A stretch of 64,000 nucleotides of DNA from Candidatus Saccharimonadales bacterium (lineage in GTDB: Bacteria > Patescibacteriota > Saccharimonadia > Saccharimonadales > JAGPDM01), in the NCBI GenBank assembly GCA_044227985.1, contig JBGAVT010000003.1, forward strand, positions 20,250 through 84,249, in the 5' to 3' direction. Positions 30,207 to 39,810 of the stretch are shown here, piece by piece. The notes under the pieces were generated by a model, which did not search any database, was not told the origin of the DNA, and saw only the letters and a list, made by a program, of their open reading frames with translations. Both the position numbers and the translations under genes were made by a program. How positions within the stretch are numbered: the stretch's first letter is position 1; every line of letters starts with the position of its first letter.

Positions 30207-30746
30207 TTAAAAAAGCCACAAAGCGGCGGCGGTAATAAGACCGAGCATTAAAACGTCAGTGACGGAAGTTACGATTGGGATTAGGACATCATCTGGGTTC
30301 GCTGTTTTAGTCTCGAGTAATTTGTCGACAGTTTTAGTTATTATCAGCATAGCTACGACCACACCAATGATACTTGCAAACACAAAGACGATGAACTTAC
30401 TTAGAAAAACAGCAGAAAGTCCATAATTACGTGAAATTGCGACGCCTAGGCTAACGATACTAACTGCGCTGGCGTTGAGTAATATGCTTGGTGCTAAGTC
30501 ACGAGCCAGTTCTAGCTGAGGATGCTTTCGGGTCTTGCCATCAGTTGCACGTGCAGCAATTACTGAAGCGTAATCACCAACCATTGTATTTAGGGGCGGT
30601 GTGGCTATCAGTAGCGGAATTATCGGCAAGAGTTTTTCGGAAATAGCTTCGAGCCCAATACCACCAATCAAACTGACACTACTGGCTGCAGCCACCATAA
30701 GGCAAGTATAGAAGAATGATTGTTTTAGACGTTCTTTTTTAATCAT
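30207..30746 (-). CDS. MgtE-type divalent cation transporter membrane domain protein
   Basis: 179 aa, all TM helices, ending ...PIVTSVTDVLMLGLI, typical of the MgtE TM domain. Overlaps the upstream paralog by 4 nt. Confidence 0.65.
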   Translation of the reverse strand: MIKKERLKQSFFYTCLMVAAASSVSLIGGIGLEAISEKLLPIIPLLIATPPLNTMVGDYASVIAARATDGKTRKHPQLELARDLAPSILLNASAVSIVSLGVAISRNYGLSAVFLSKFIVFVFASIIGVVVAMLIITKTVDKLLETKTANPDDVLIPIVTSVTDVLMLGLITAAALWLF

Positions 30747-31351
30747 ACAATTACCCCAATCACTAAGGAGATAATAATCACCACCAACATATCGACAACT
30801 GATGTTTCTATCGGCCCGACGATGTTATCAGGGTTGAGCTTGAGCTTACGAACAACGATTACACCTATGATTATCAAAGGAAAAGCCAGAACACCAACAC
30901 CGAGAGACGTAATCATACTGATAGCAATTATTTTTAGAGGATCAACCTCGAAAAAAAGCATTCCGACGATGACCGTGAAAAGGCTGAGGATAAGGGTTGA
31001 TACCATCAAGATAGCTAGTGAATAAAGTGCATCGTGCACAGCGATGATGCTCTTTTTAAAGTCGGTATTCTTTATGTGATGATTAATTTTTACTGACAAA
31101 CTAGCAGTTACTGATGCTATAACATCGATCAAACCCGGCAGCAATAGTAGTGTTCCGGGAATGAGTATGAATTTCTCTTTGGCTGAATCGAGAAATATTC
31201 CTGCTACTAGCGATAATGAGACTCCAACAATCTGTCCGAATAGGATTTGTTTGGCCCCGGCTGATTTGTTGCGATTGATTCGATGATAGTAATATGGCCA
31301 GTAGTGTTTTGGTCTTTGATTGATCTGTTTTAACTGTGAAATAAAAGGCAT
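30743..31351 (-). CDS. MgtE-type divalent cation transporter membrane domain protein
   Basis: 202 aa, paralogous layout (…GPIETSVVDMLVVIIISLVIG). Starts 8 nt after the tgt stop. Confidence 0.65.
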   Translation of the reverse strand: MPFISQLKQINQRPKHYWPYYYHRINRNKSAGAKQILFGQIVGVSLSLVAGIFLDSAKEKFILIPGTLLLLPGLIDVIASVTASLSVKINHHIKNTDFKKSIIAVHDALYSLAILMVSTLILSLFTVIVGMLFFEVDPLKIIAISMITSLGVGVLAFPLIIIGVIVVRKLKLNPDNIVGPIETSVVDMLVVIIISLVIGVIV

Positions 31352-31359
31352 AAGTAATA

Positions 31360-32556
31360 CTATGATACTTTGCTACGGTAGTTTGCAAGCCAATCTTCGC
31401 TAAATTGTCGGAACCTTTGTTCAATGATGGCAGTTCTGATATCCTCCATGAATCGTGCGAAGAAATGTAAATTATGGACAGTTAGCAGGCTGTTACTGGC
31501 AAGTTCACTTGATTTATATAGGTGTCGTAGATAGTGTTTGCCGTGGTGTTGACAGGTGTAACAATTGCAGTTTTGTTCGATTGGAGATTCGTCAAATTCA
31601 AAATCTTTTCTGCCTATATTAAAGCGACCATCATAGGTGTATAGCGAGCCATTTCGAGCATTACGGGTGGGCGTAACGCAGTCGAATGTGTCGATACCAA
31701 CAGCGACCGCAGCTAGAATATCTTCCGGTGTGCCGATGCCGAGCAAGTGTCGTGGTTTTTCGTCTGGAAGTTCGTCTGTCACCCAGCCAACTGCTTCTCC
31801 GAGATCATGCTTGTTAAAAGCCCCACCGATACCAAATCCATCGAAATTCATCGTAGCAAGTGTTCGGGCGGACTCTCGACGGAGGTCTTCATGCCGTCCG
31901 CCTTGTACAACTCCAAACAGAGCTTGCTTCTCATCAGTATCAAGCTTGTCGTGGGCGTCAACGCTTCTTTGCGCCCAACTATGAGTTCTTTCCATTGCTA
32001 TACGCTGGTAATTTTTCGGCGCAGTCGGCGCGGTGCATTCATCGAAAGCGAAGATTATATCAGCGCCGAGATCATACTGAATTTGCATAGATTTTTCTGG
32101 ATCAAGGTATATTTTACTTCCATCAAGGTGGCTTTTGAAGGTTACTCCGTCGTCGTTTATTTTAAAACGGGCATTATTCTTTGGAATCCCCTCTCGACTT
32201 TCGCCCTCCTCCGCAACTTTGGTAATTCCACTGTCAAAGGCTACACCGAGACTAAAGACTTGGAAACCACCACTATCAGTAAATAGTGGCTTTCTGTAAT
32301 TCATAAACTTGTGAAGACCACCAGCTCTCTTCACAACGTCGCTGCCAGGTCGTAACATTAAGTGGTATGTGTTAGCGAGTGCCGCTTGCATACCGGTGCC
32401 GTCGAGCTGCTCGTTACTGAGACTTTTTACGGTAGCTTTGGTCCCAACGACAATGAAGGCTGGAGTCTTGATTTGTCCGTGGGGCGTCGATATGATGCCA
32501 GTTCTTGCTCGATCATCATTATGGATTATTGAATATGAAAATTTCTCATTTGGCAT
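31360..32556 (-). CDS. tgt: tRNA-guanine transglycosylase (queuine tRNA-ribosyltransferase)
   Basis: 398 aa: TPHGQIKTPAFIVVGT...FTDSGGFQV...LFGVVQGG...GIGG...CNCYTCQHH zinc site. Confidence 0.92.
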   Translation of the reverse strand: MPNEKFSYSIIHNDDRARTGIISTPHGQIKTPAFIVVGTKATVKSLSNEQLDGTGMQAALANTYHLMLRPGSDVVKRAGGLHKFMNYRKPLFTDSGGFQVFSLGVAFDSGITKVAEEGESREGIPKNNARFKINDDGVTFKSHLDGSKIYLDPEKSMQIQYDLGADIIFAFDECTAPTAPKNYQRIAMERTHSWAQRSVDAHDKLDTDEKQALFGVVQGGRHEDLRRESARTLATMNFDGFGIGGAFNKHDLGEAVGWVTDELPDEKPRHLLGIGTPEDILAAVAVGIDTFDCVTPTRNARNGSLYTYDGRFNIGRKDFEFDESPIEQNCNCYTCQHHGKHYLRHLYKSSELASNSLLTVHNLHFFARFMEDIRTAIIEQRFRQFSEDWLANYRSKVS

Positions 32557-32562
32557 CAGTCT

Positions 32563-32571
32563 AGTATAGCA
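32563..32571 (-). promoter_or_regulatory. extended -10 box 6 nt upstream of the tgt ATG
   Basis: The minus strand reads TGcTATACT-agactg-ATG(32556). Confidence 0.5.
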
Positions 32572-32596
32572 ATTATCTAGGAGAGAATTTTACCTA

Positions 32597-33316
32597 CTAT
32601 TTTATATTTTTATATTTTGTCTTTTTTAACTTATAAATTGAAATAAATTCAGAAAAAGTAGCAAATGAATCACGAACTATTTGTTTGTTAAAACTTCCAC
32701 CAGGCTGATTTCTCCAGTCAGATATCTCAATCTCTTCAGTTTTTAGCGAGTGATAGTCAGCTGCAACAAGAACCTCCATATCAAATAGCCATTTCTTTGA
32801 CTCAAGGTCTGCAAAAATTAGTTTACTTGCATGTTTTGAAAAAAGCTTGAAACCACACTGTGTGTCGGTAGTAGTTAGACCGAGAAAACTCTTGGCTAGA
32901 AGGTTCCAACCAAATGATAGGTATTTACGCGGACCTTTATGAATCGTCATAAGTGGCCTTACACCAATTATTATATCGGTTTTTTTGTCTAATCGATTAA
33001 TCATTTTTTTAAAATATTTTAACGGCGTTGCAAGGTCTGCATCCATGAAGACATGAAAATCTCCCTTTGCTACCTTCATACCAACAGCAACATCCCTACC
33101 TTTTCCAACCGGATCTCCGGGCTTAATAAGCCTAATATTATCTCTATTTTTCAAGTATTTTTCGACAACCTCGATGGTCCTGTCCGTTCCTTTTGCCGCA
33201 ACAACGATTATCTCTACATCCAATCTTTGTTTTTTTATAAATGCGACTAGATCATCTAAAGTTGAAAGTATGCGCATCTCTTCATTGAGTGCAGGAATTA
33301 TTATTGAATATTTCAT
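32597..33316 (-). CDS. GT2 polyprenyl-phosphate glycosyltransferase (GtrB/DPM1-like)
   Basis: 239 aa: YSIIIPALNEE...VVAAKGTDRT...FMDADL, the GT-A DxD family. Downstream of GtrA and the GT-C gene in one operon. Confidence 0.8.
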   Translation of the reverse strand: MKYSIIIPALNEEMRILSTLDDLVAFIKKQRLDVEIIVVAAKGTDRTIEVVEKYLKNRDNIRLIKPGDPVGKGRDVAVGMKVAKGDFHVFMDADLATPLKYFKKMINRLDKKTDIIIGVRPLMTIHKGPRKYLSFGWNLLAKSFLGLTTTDTQCGFKLFSKHASKLIFADLESKKWLFDMEVLVAADYHSLKTEEIEISDWRNQPGGSFNKQIVRDSFATFSEFISIYKLKKTKYKNIK

Positions 33317-33813
33317 CGCTTGAAAACCACGAACTTATAAAGCGAAAAATTCCAAACCATTGCAAATCCAACTGCCAGTACTTTAGAAAAATTTGCATTA
33401 AAAATAACTGAATTTATGGTTGAGCTGGTTACATTTTCAATGAATTTGAGAGTCATTTTTGCAGGGTGAATCCATAAATCACTAAACAGGTATATGATGA
33501 AATTCTGTATGACGTAAATACCAATTGCTGTTATAAAAAAGAATAGTAGGAACTGTTTTATTGATTTTCTACTCTGTTGGTTTGAGAAGGTAAAATAACT
33601 ATTAAGCACGTAGCTTACAAGCATTGCGATCGAAACAGATATAATATTTGACATAATCAATGGAAAAGCTACGACGAATGATAAAAAGTTGAAAATTGCG
33701 AAGTCTAATGCAGTGTTGAAAACACCAATGACTCCAAAGGTGAGTATTTGAATCAGACTGGTTCGTTTTGATCCAGCTAAATTTTCAGTATCTACACTGG
33801 GACTAGTTACCAT
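33313..33813 (-). CDS. GtrA-family membrane protein (putative lipid-linked sugar flippase)
   Basis: 166 aa, 4 TM helices, with FGVIGVFNTALDFAIFNFL, the typical GtrA N-terminus. Has 4-nt and 1-nt overlaps with its neighbours. Confidence 0.75.
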   Translation of the reverse strand: MVTSPSVDTENLAGSKRTSLIQILTFGVIGVFNTALDFAIFNFLSFVVAFPLIMSNIISVSIAMLVSYVLNSYFTFSNQQSRKSIKQFLLFFFITAIGIYVIQNFIIYLFSDLWIHPAKMTLKFIENVTSSTINSVIFNANFSKVLAVGFAMVWNFSLYKFVVFKR

Positions 33814-34838
33814 TAACCGGCCCAGTAGCCATTACTGAAAAGCATGATGTACCAAGCAAGAAGAAATCCACTACTAGCAAAATAGACTGCCTGAGTGGTT
33901 TTATTGGATTTTTGCAAGAAAATAGCAGCCCCTATAAATAATGGAAACGCGACAAGTACATACCGATTGAAGCTATCCCAGCTTCCACTTGCTACTGGGA
34001 CAAACAATAGTGCCAGTGAGTATGCGATTAAAGAATAGCGTGCTGCTTTATCGGGTACTGTCGTCAGCCCTTTTATGCCTATTGCTATAAAGGCAGTAAA
34101 CCAAAGATAGAACGGTCGAAAGCTTGTGATTAACTCCATAAAGTAGTTGTCACTGAGTCGGCCCCAATACTTTTGAGCTTCAATGAAATATAATGGATCA
34201 CCATATTCTTTCGCAAGAAATGCCATATAGATGAACAATCCGAAGATTCCAAGAAAAGGTACAGTGTCACGTAGTTTGAACTTCAACCCTTTGTCAATTA
34301 GAACTTTTAATCCAAAATAACCAATCAGCATAACTCCCTGAACTTTTATCAAACAAGCTAAGCCGGTAAAAAAAGCAGATAGCCAATATTTGTCACGCTG
34401 ATGTGCAAGTAGAGCTGCGCCGCTGATTACTAGAAACAACGATTCAGAATAAACAATTGGTAAGAAGAAGCTTGTCGGGAAACAAGCAAAAACGATAAGC
34501 AGAAAATAGATGTTAGGTTTTAGCTTTTTATCTAATAATCTTTCACTATAAGCCTTTAAGATAAACACAAAACCGATGAGTGAAAGTGCCGATACTAAAA
34601 ATCCAGAGTATTTAGTTGGGATAGCTGTTAAGTTGCTTGTCCCGCGGATAAAAACTGAATAAAGTGGGAAGCGAGCTGGCTCGGCTTTCCCCTTGTATCC
34701 TTGATCGGCTATACGCTGGAATCCGTAACTATCCCATTCAAACAAGCTGGCATAGATGTTTAACTGTCGACGGTCTGATTCCCCACCGTTAAAACCAAGG
34801 TCATGAATGTGGGAATTAGAAAAAACCATGATTCCCAT
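33813..34838 (-). CDS. GT-C-type integral membrane glycosyltransferase (mannosyl/glucosyltransferase-like), probably 5'-truncated as called
   Basis: 341 aa polytopic membrane protein. The same frame stays open 40 codons further upstream (to 34958) and encodes a TM helix, but it has no in-frame start. An ATG at 34959 is 1 nt out of frame next to a G4 run. Confidence 0.65.
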   Translation of the reverse strand: MGIMVFSNSHIHDLGFNGGESDRRQLNIYASLFEWDSYGFQRIADQGYKGKAEPARFPLYSVFIRGTSNLTAIPTKYSGFLVSALSLIGFVFILKAYSERLLDKKLKPNIYFLLIVFACFPTSFFLPIVYSESLFLVISGAALLAHQRDKYWLSAFFTGLACLIKVQGVMLIGYFGLKVLIDKGLKFKLRDTVPFLGIFGLFIYMAFLAKEYGDPLYFIEAQKYWGRLSDNYFMELITSFRPFYLWFTAFIAIGIKGLTTVPDKAARYSLIAYSLALLFVPVASGSWDSFNRYVLVAFPLFIGAAIFLQKSNKTTQAVYFASSGFLLAWYIMLFSNGYWAG

Positions 34839-35043
34839 AGTTAAGAGAATAAAACTAGTCGTGGATAAAATTAGAATAACAGCATGTTCCTGTCTGGCTA
34901 ATTCTGCAAATTTATCACGGCACTTCTTGATCCAAGCTAATGCGTTAATAATTCCCCATTTCTACATAATATCTGACAAAATTATAGCATATACCTTTCA
35001 CAAATTAGCGTATTTGGCTGTGCATTGATGTATCATCGAAGTG

Positions 35044-35712
35044 ATGAATTACACTGATTTTGAAGATAGTTGGCGCGATCAACTTAAAGACTTTCTGGCT
35101 ACGCCCTATTGGAAGAAATTTATTGAAAATATACATGAAGAATATCAAACTTCTACAGTTTTTCCAGAAATAGACAACATCTTTAACGCATTTAAGCTCA
35201 CTCCATTTGATCAAGTAAAAGTAGTGATTCTTGGTCAAGATCCATACCACGGCCCTAATCAAGCGATGGGTCTAAGCTTCTCTGTGCCGGATGAAGTGAA
35301 GTTGCCACCGAGTTTACAAAATATTAAGAAGGAAATTGAATCGGATCTTGGAGTAAAATCGAAAATTAAAAATGGCGATTTAACGCCGTGGGCAAAACAA
35401 GGAGTACTGCTTCTTAACTCGGTATTGACAGTTCGATCTAACGAACCAGCTTCGCACCGAGATATAGGATGGCAAGAGTTTACTGATTTCGTTATAACCC
35501 AATTATCCGAAAAAAAAGAAAATGCAGTTTTCATCCTCTGGGGTTCGTTTGCGAGAAGTAAAAAAAAGCTGATTGACCAATCTAAACATTTAGTTATTGA
35601 GAGCTCACACCCTTCCCCTCTCTCAGCCTATCGAGGCTTTTTTTGCACTAAGCCATTCTCACAATCTAGTAGTTATTTATCTCAGCATGATCAAAAACCA
35701 ATAGTTTGGTGA
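35044..35712 (+). CDS. ung: uracil-DNA glycosylase (family 1)
   Basis: VILGQDPYHGPNQAMGLSFSV...LLLNSVLTV...HPSPLSA, the UDG motifs. ATG 35044 lies 7 nt after TATCAT; the ORF track starts at GTG 35041. Confidence 0.92.
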   Translation: MNYTDFEDSWRDQLKDFLATPYWKKFIENIHEEYQTSTVFPEIDNIFNAFKLTPFDQVKVVILGQDPYHGPNQAMGLSFSVPDEVKLPPSLQNIKKEIESDLGVKSKIKNGDLTPWAKQGVLLLNSVLTVRSNEPASHRDIGWQEFTDFVITQLSEKKENAVFILWGSFARSKKKLIDQSKHLVIESSHPSPLSAYRGFFCTKPFSQSSSYLSQHDQKPIVW

Positions 35713-35802
35713 ATGTAATTTTTATCACATAAAGAAACAATACTTGCGAAGATGTATTATAAGATATACAATTAGTTTTTATTAAAAAGAAGAAAGTAAT
35801 GA

Positions 35803-36465
35803 ATGAGTGGACTAGAAACACCTGAACTTAGCGAACTCATGGTCTATGCAAATCTTGGAGTACAACTAGTAGAGTTAAACCATGTTCATCCCTCTCAACT
35901 TTTATCTGAGGCGGCAGTTGAGGTCGGTTTTGGTCGTATTATCGTTCAAGAAGATAAAGAATCTGAGATACCAACAAAACCGGTGATAGCTGTATTCCGA
36001 AAAGATTTATTTGGTACTGCAGTTGGTGGAAGTGATGACATTTCGCACCTCATGGGTCAGTTTGTTAGTAAATTTGCAGGAGGTGACACTGTTTTTCCTA
36101 ATGAGGGAACTAAACCTAATGATGCGAAGGCCGAAGAGATTGGGGTAGACGGTGTAGTTACAGTTCTTGGAGGTGTGGAATGGCCAACATTTCGAGGCTC
36201 ACATATGAAAAAAACAATTGGATTCGGATTTAGCAGTGGTCTAGAACGAAATTCCATCAGTGCTATGGGGGCACTACTGCGTTTAGCAAGGCTGGTCCGT
36301 ACACCTACAGAAATTTCGTTAGATTCAGATAATAATGAGAATCGTATTCGTTGGTCGGGTGAAGTAATTGAAGCCAGTTTTCCTCCGAATACACCACGGG
36401 CAAGATTTGGTTTGGTGAGATCATTAGGAGTTATAGCTGGGATAAATGCAAGTGCTAATAGATAA
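35803..36465 (+). CDS. hypothetical protein
   Basis: 220-aa ORF. I recognised no family. It begins MSGLETPELSEL. Confidence 0.5.
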   Translation: MSGLETPELSELMVYANLGVQLVELNHVHPSQLLSEAAVEVGFGRIIVQEDKESEIPTKPVIAVFRKDLFGTAVGGSDDISHLMGQFVSKFAGGDTVFPNEGTKPNDAKAEEIGVDGVVTVLGGVEWPTFRGSHMKKTIGFGFSSGLERNSISAMGALLRLARLVRTPTEISLDSDNNENRIRWSGEVIEASFPPNTPRARFGLVRSLGVIAGINASANR

Positions 36466-36485
36466 TTAAATCAGCAAGCAATAGT

Positions 36486-39044
36486 CTAAAAAACTACTTG
36501 GTTGTTTTCTGACTTGGCAGTTATTGTATCCCCGTCAGTGATTTTATTATCGATGATTTCGAGAGCAAGTGGATCGAGAATTTTGGTTTGAATCAATCGC
36601 TTGAGCGGTCGGGCGCCAAAGCTTGGGTCATAGCCCTGCTCTGCTAACATGGTTTTAACATCATCTGAAAAATTGATTGTAATGTCTTTACTGTCTTTAA
36701 TCTGGGCAGCAAATTCACGCAAGCGAATGTCGACAATATCACCCATTCGTTTTTGATCAAGTCGATTAAAGACGACTATATCATCGATTCGGTTGAGAAA
36801 TTCGGGTCGGAATTCTTTGCGCAACATTTGCTGAATCGTATCCTCCAAAGCTTCGTCCTCTTCTGGTTTTGCTTCGAGAATCTCGTGAGAGCCGATATTA
36901 CTAGTCATAACAATAATAGTATTGGTGAAGTTTACGGTTCTTCCCTGTCCGTCAGTCATGCGACCATCATCGAGAACTTGTAACAAGATATTAAAGACAT
37001 CACGGTGGGCTTTTTCTATCTCATCAAACAAGATAACTGTGTAGGGTCGTCGTCGGACGGCTTCGGTCAGCTGACCACCCGCTTCGTAACCGACGTAGCC
37101 TGGAGGCGAACCGATTAGACGGGCAACGGCATGCTGTTCCATGTATTCGCTCATATCAATCCGAACCATGGCGTGTTCGTCATCAAACAGCTGCTCAGCC
37201 AATGCCTTCGTTAATTCAGTCTTACCAACACCAGTTGGTCCGAGAAAAAGAAAGCTTCCAATCGGTTTTTGCTGATCACTAATCCCTGCACGACTACGTC
37301 GAATCGCGTTGGCGACAGCAGTGACTGCTTTGTCCTGACCAATAACTCGTTTTTCTAGCTCACCTTCGAGGTGGCTAAGTTTGTTGGATTCACTTTCCAA
37401 GAGGCGGGAAACTGGAATTCCGGTCCAACGCCCAACAACACTCGCAATATCTTCGCTGGTTACTTCTTCACGTAATAATCTCTGGTCGCTTGGAATTTTA
37501 TCCAGCTCTGACTGAGTCGCAGCAATTGCTTCCTTTAGCTTCGGAATCTCACCATACTGAATTTCAGCAGCACGGTTTAAGTCATTCTCACGCTCGGCTT
37601 GCTCTTGCTCGCTTTTAAGATGGTCTATTTTTTCACTAGCTTGATTGATCTCATCAATTAGCTTTTTTTCGCGACTCCATTGCTGGTCGAGACCGCTTGA
37701 GTCTTCTTTGAGATTAGCGATTTCTTGCTCAATTTCGCTGACTCGTTCTTTAGCATTTTTATCTTTTTTGAGCGATGCTTTCTCGATTTCGAGCTGTGTA
37801 ATTTTTCGCTTAACGCGGTCAAGTTCCGTCGGCATTGACTCGATTTCAATCTTAAGACTCGAGGTTGCTTCATCAATCAGGTCAACCGCTTTGTCTGGCA
37901 AGAAACGATCTGCGATGTAGCGACTGCTAAGTTTAGCGGCAGCAACTACTGCATCGTCAGTAATTTTTACACCATGGTGGACTTCGTATTTTTCTTGAAG
38001 TCCGCGAAGGATTGTAATTGTGTCATCAACTGATGGTTCGTCGACGAAGACTGGCTGGAAGCGCCTCTCTAGGGCTGCGTCCTTTTCTATATTTTCTCGA
38101 TATTCGTCAAGTGTGGTTGCACCTATCATATGTAATTTACCGCGAGCCAGAAGAGGCTTCAGCATATTGCCGGCATCCATTGCACCTTCGCTTTTGCCAG
38201 CACCGACAATCGTGTGGAGTTCATCGACGAATAAAATAATTTCACCATCAGATTTTTCGACTTCATCAAGCACGGCTTTCAAACGTTCTTCAAATTCTCC
38301 ACGGTATTTCGCACCAGCCAAAAGACTTCCCATCCCGAGCTCAATCAATCGTCGATTCTTCAAGCTATTTGGTACATCACCGGCTACAATTCGGCTAGCA
38401 AGTCCTTCGACTATGGCTGTCTTACCAACGCCCGGCTCACCGATTAAAACAGGGTTATTCTTAGTTCGGCGACTCAAAACCTGCATGACACGTCGAATCT
38501 CTTCGTCGCGGCCAATGACTGGATCGAGCTTGCCTTCTCTAGCAAGGCCAGTGAAGTCTTGACCGTATTTTTCGAGCACATTCATTTTGTTTTCGGGTGT
38601 TTGATCTTTTACGTTCTGTCCTCCGCGTACATCGTTAAGCTTAGTTTTCAAGTCATTATAGTTAAGTTCAATTGGAAGTAGTTTTTCTTTGGAGGCAGAC
38701 AGCAAGATATGTTCAGTTGAGAGGTGCGTGTCCCCTAGACTTTTCATCTGTTTCTTTGCAGTTGCCAACATACGACTAAACTTGCTACTTGGACGAATGT
38801 CAGATTCAGATGAAACATCAGTCGTAGTCGGTAAAGCATCAACGGCTTCGTGGAGTTTGCCTTCAAAATCAGCCTCAGAGACTCCGCTTGCACCGACCAG
38901 TCCGCTGAATGCTGTGTCGGTCTGTGCGGCTAATTTCGAGAGTAAATGCTCCGGTTCAAGCATCGGATTGTGGCGCTCGGTTGCTGTCTCGATTGCAGCT
39001 TGAAGTGCTTCGACAAGTTTCTGCGTCATTTCATTTGGGTTCAT
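36486..39044 (-). CDS. clpB: ATP-dependent chaperone ClpB
   Basis: 852 aa with two AAA+ modules ([18 protein letters not shown]) separated by a long coiled-coil middle domain. AAAGGAG SD upstream. Confidence 0.95.
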   Translation of the reverse strand: MNPNEMTQKLVEALQAAIETATERHNPMLEPEHLLSKLAAQTDTAFSGLVGASGVSEADFEGKLHEAVDALPTTTDVSSESDIRPSSKFSRMLATAKKQMKSLGDTHLSTEHILLSASKEKLLPIELNYNDLKTKLNDVRGGQNVKDQTPENKMNVLEKYGQDFTGLAREGKLDPVIGRDEEIRRVMQVLSRRTKNNPVLIGEPGVGKTAIVEGLASRIVAGDVPNSLKNRRLIELGMGSLLAGAKYRGEFEERLKAVLDEVEKSDGEIILFVDELHTIVGAGKSEGAMDAGNMLKPLLARGKLHMIGATTLDEYRENIEKDAALERRFQPVFVDEPSVDDTITILRGLQEKYEVHHGVKITDDAVVAAAKLSSRYIADRFLPDKAVDLIDEATSSLKIEIESMPTELDRVKRKITQLEIEKASLKKDKNAKERVSEIEQEIANLKEDSSGLDQQWSREKKLIDEINQASEKIDHLKSEQEQAERENDLNRAAEIQYGEIPKLKEAIAATQSELDKIPSDQRLLREEVTSEDIASVVGRWTGIPVSRLLESESNKLSHLEGELEKRVIGQDKAVTAVANAIRRSRAGISDQQKPIGSFLFLGPTGVGKTELTKALAEQLFDDEHAMVRIDMSEYMEQHAVARLIGSPPGYVGYEAGGQLTEAVRRRPYTVILFDEIEKAHRDVFNILLQVLDDGRMTDGQGRTVNFTNTIIVMTSNIGSHEILEAKPEEDEALEDTIQQMLRKEFRPEFLNRIDDIVVFNRLDQKRMGDIVDIRLREFAAQIKDSKDITINFSDDVKTMLAEQGYDPSFGARPLKRLIQTKILDPLALEIIDNKITDGDTITAKSENNQVVF

Positions 39045-39075
39045 AAGTTCTCCTTTTGCTAAAGATAGTACTTTG

Positions 39076-39104
39076 ATTATAGTAAACTGGCACTCTCATG
39101 TCAA
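39076..39104 (-). promoter_or_regulatory. clpB promoter
   Basis: Minus strand: TTGACA (39104-39099), a 17-nt spacer, TATAAT (39081-39076). Both hexamers match consensus. Confidence 0.65.
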
Positions 39105-39113
39105 GAGTGCTAA
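39087..39113. promoter_or_regulatory. CIRCE-like inverted repeat (HrcA operator) overlapping the clpB -35
   Basis: CTGGCACTC-N9-GAGTGCTAA versus the CIRCE consensus TTAGCACTC-N9-GAGTGCTAA. The right arm is perfect and the left arm matches 7/9. Confidence 0.65.
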
Positions 39114-39174
39114 TTCGTTTATGGTTGTTTCAGTTTCCTGATAGCGTATACTAGGCTTAAGCGTAAGCAAAATC

Positions 39175-39810
39175 ATGAAACATAAAAATACATCTCTTGG
39201 ATTCACTATAGTCGAGTTACTTGTGGTTATACTTGTTATCGGCATTTTAGCTGGACTCGTTTACACCGGTTATGGTCAGTATCAAAGAAAAGCAAAGAAT
39301 TCATTGAAGAACGATGCTGCTAAATCGTTGACCGTTGGATTGAAAACGTACATAGGAAAGTACAATCAGTACCCTCTACCTGATTCAGCAGTAAGCATCA
39401 TCTATGGCGTTTGCTTAGGAAAGGGCCCAGAATTACGTGATGGTAAGTGCACAAACGCTTCGTGGAGCGAGGTTAGCAGTAACTTTAATGTAGAATTAGA
39501 AAAAGTTACTAAATTATCTAATTTTGAATATGATACTAGCCGAATTCAACTTAGTGGTGGAGAATTTTACGAAGGAATCGTTTTTGTCCAAAGAGGTGGG
39601 GCAAAAGTTAACTCAAAGAATAATAAATTCTTCCTCGAATACGCTCTTGCGGGCGACGATGCTACATGCGGTAAACAAGGTGCGGTAAAAAGAAATAATC
39701 CGAATAGCTATGAAAGCACAACTTTAGACTATAGCCTCCGTGCTAATGGCAATACGCTCTGCGTTATTCCGTTACTTGACCCTGATAATCCTGAGTCATT
39801 ATTACCATGA
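39175..39810 (+). CDS. type IV pilin-like protein
   Basis: 211 aa with prepilin motif LG/FTIVELLVVILVIGILAGL and four Cys. Ends NTLCVIPLLDPDNPESLLP. Confidence 0.8.
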   Translation: MKHKNTSLGFTIVELLVVILVIGILAGLVYTGYGQYQRKAKNSLKNDAAKSLTVGLKTYIGKYNQYPLPDSAVSIIYGVCLGKGPELRDGKCTNASWSEVSSNFNVELEKVTKLSNFEYDTSRIQLSGGEFYEGIVFVQRGGAKVNSKNNKFFLEYALAGDDATCGKQGAVKRNNPNSYESTTLDYSLRANGNTLCVIPLLDPDNPESLLP

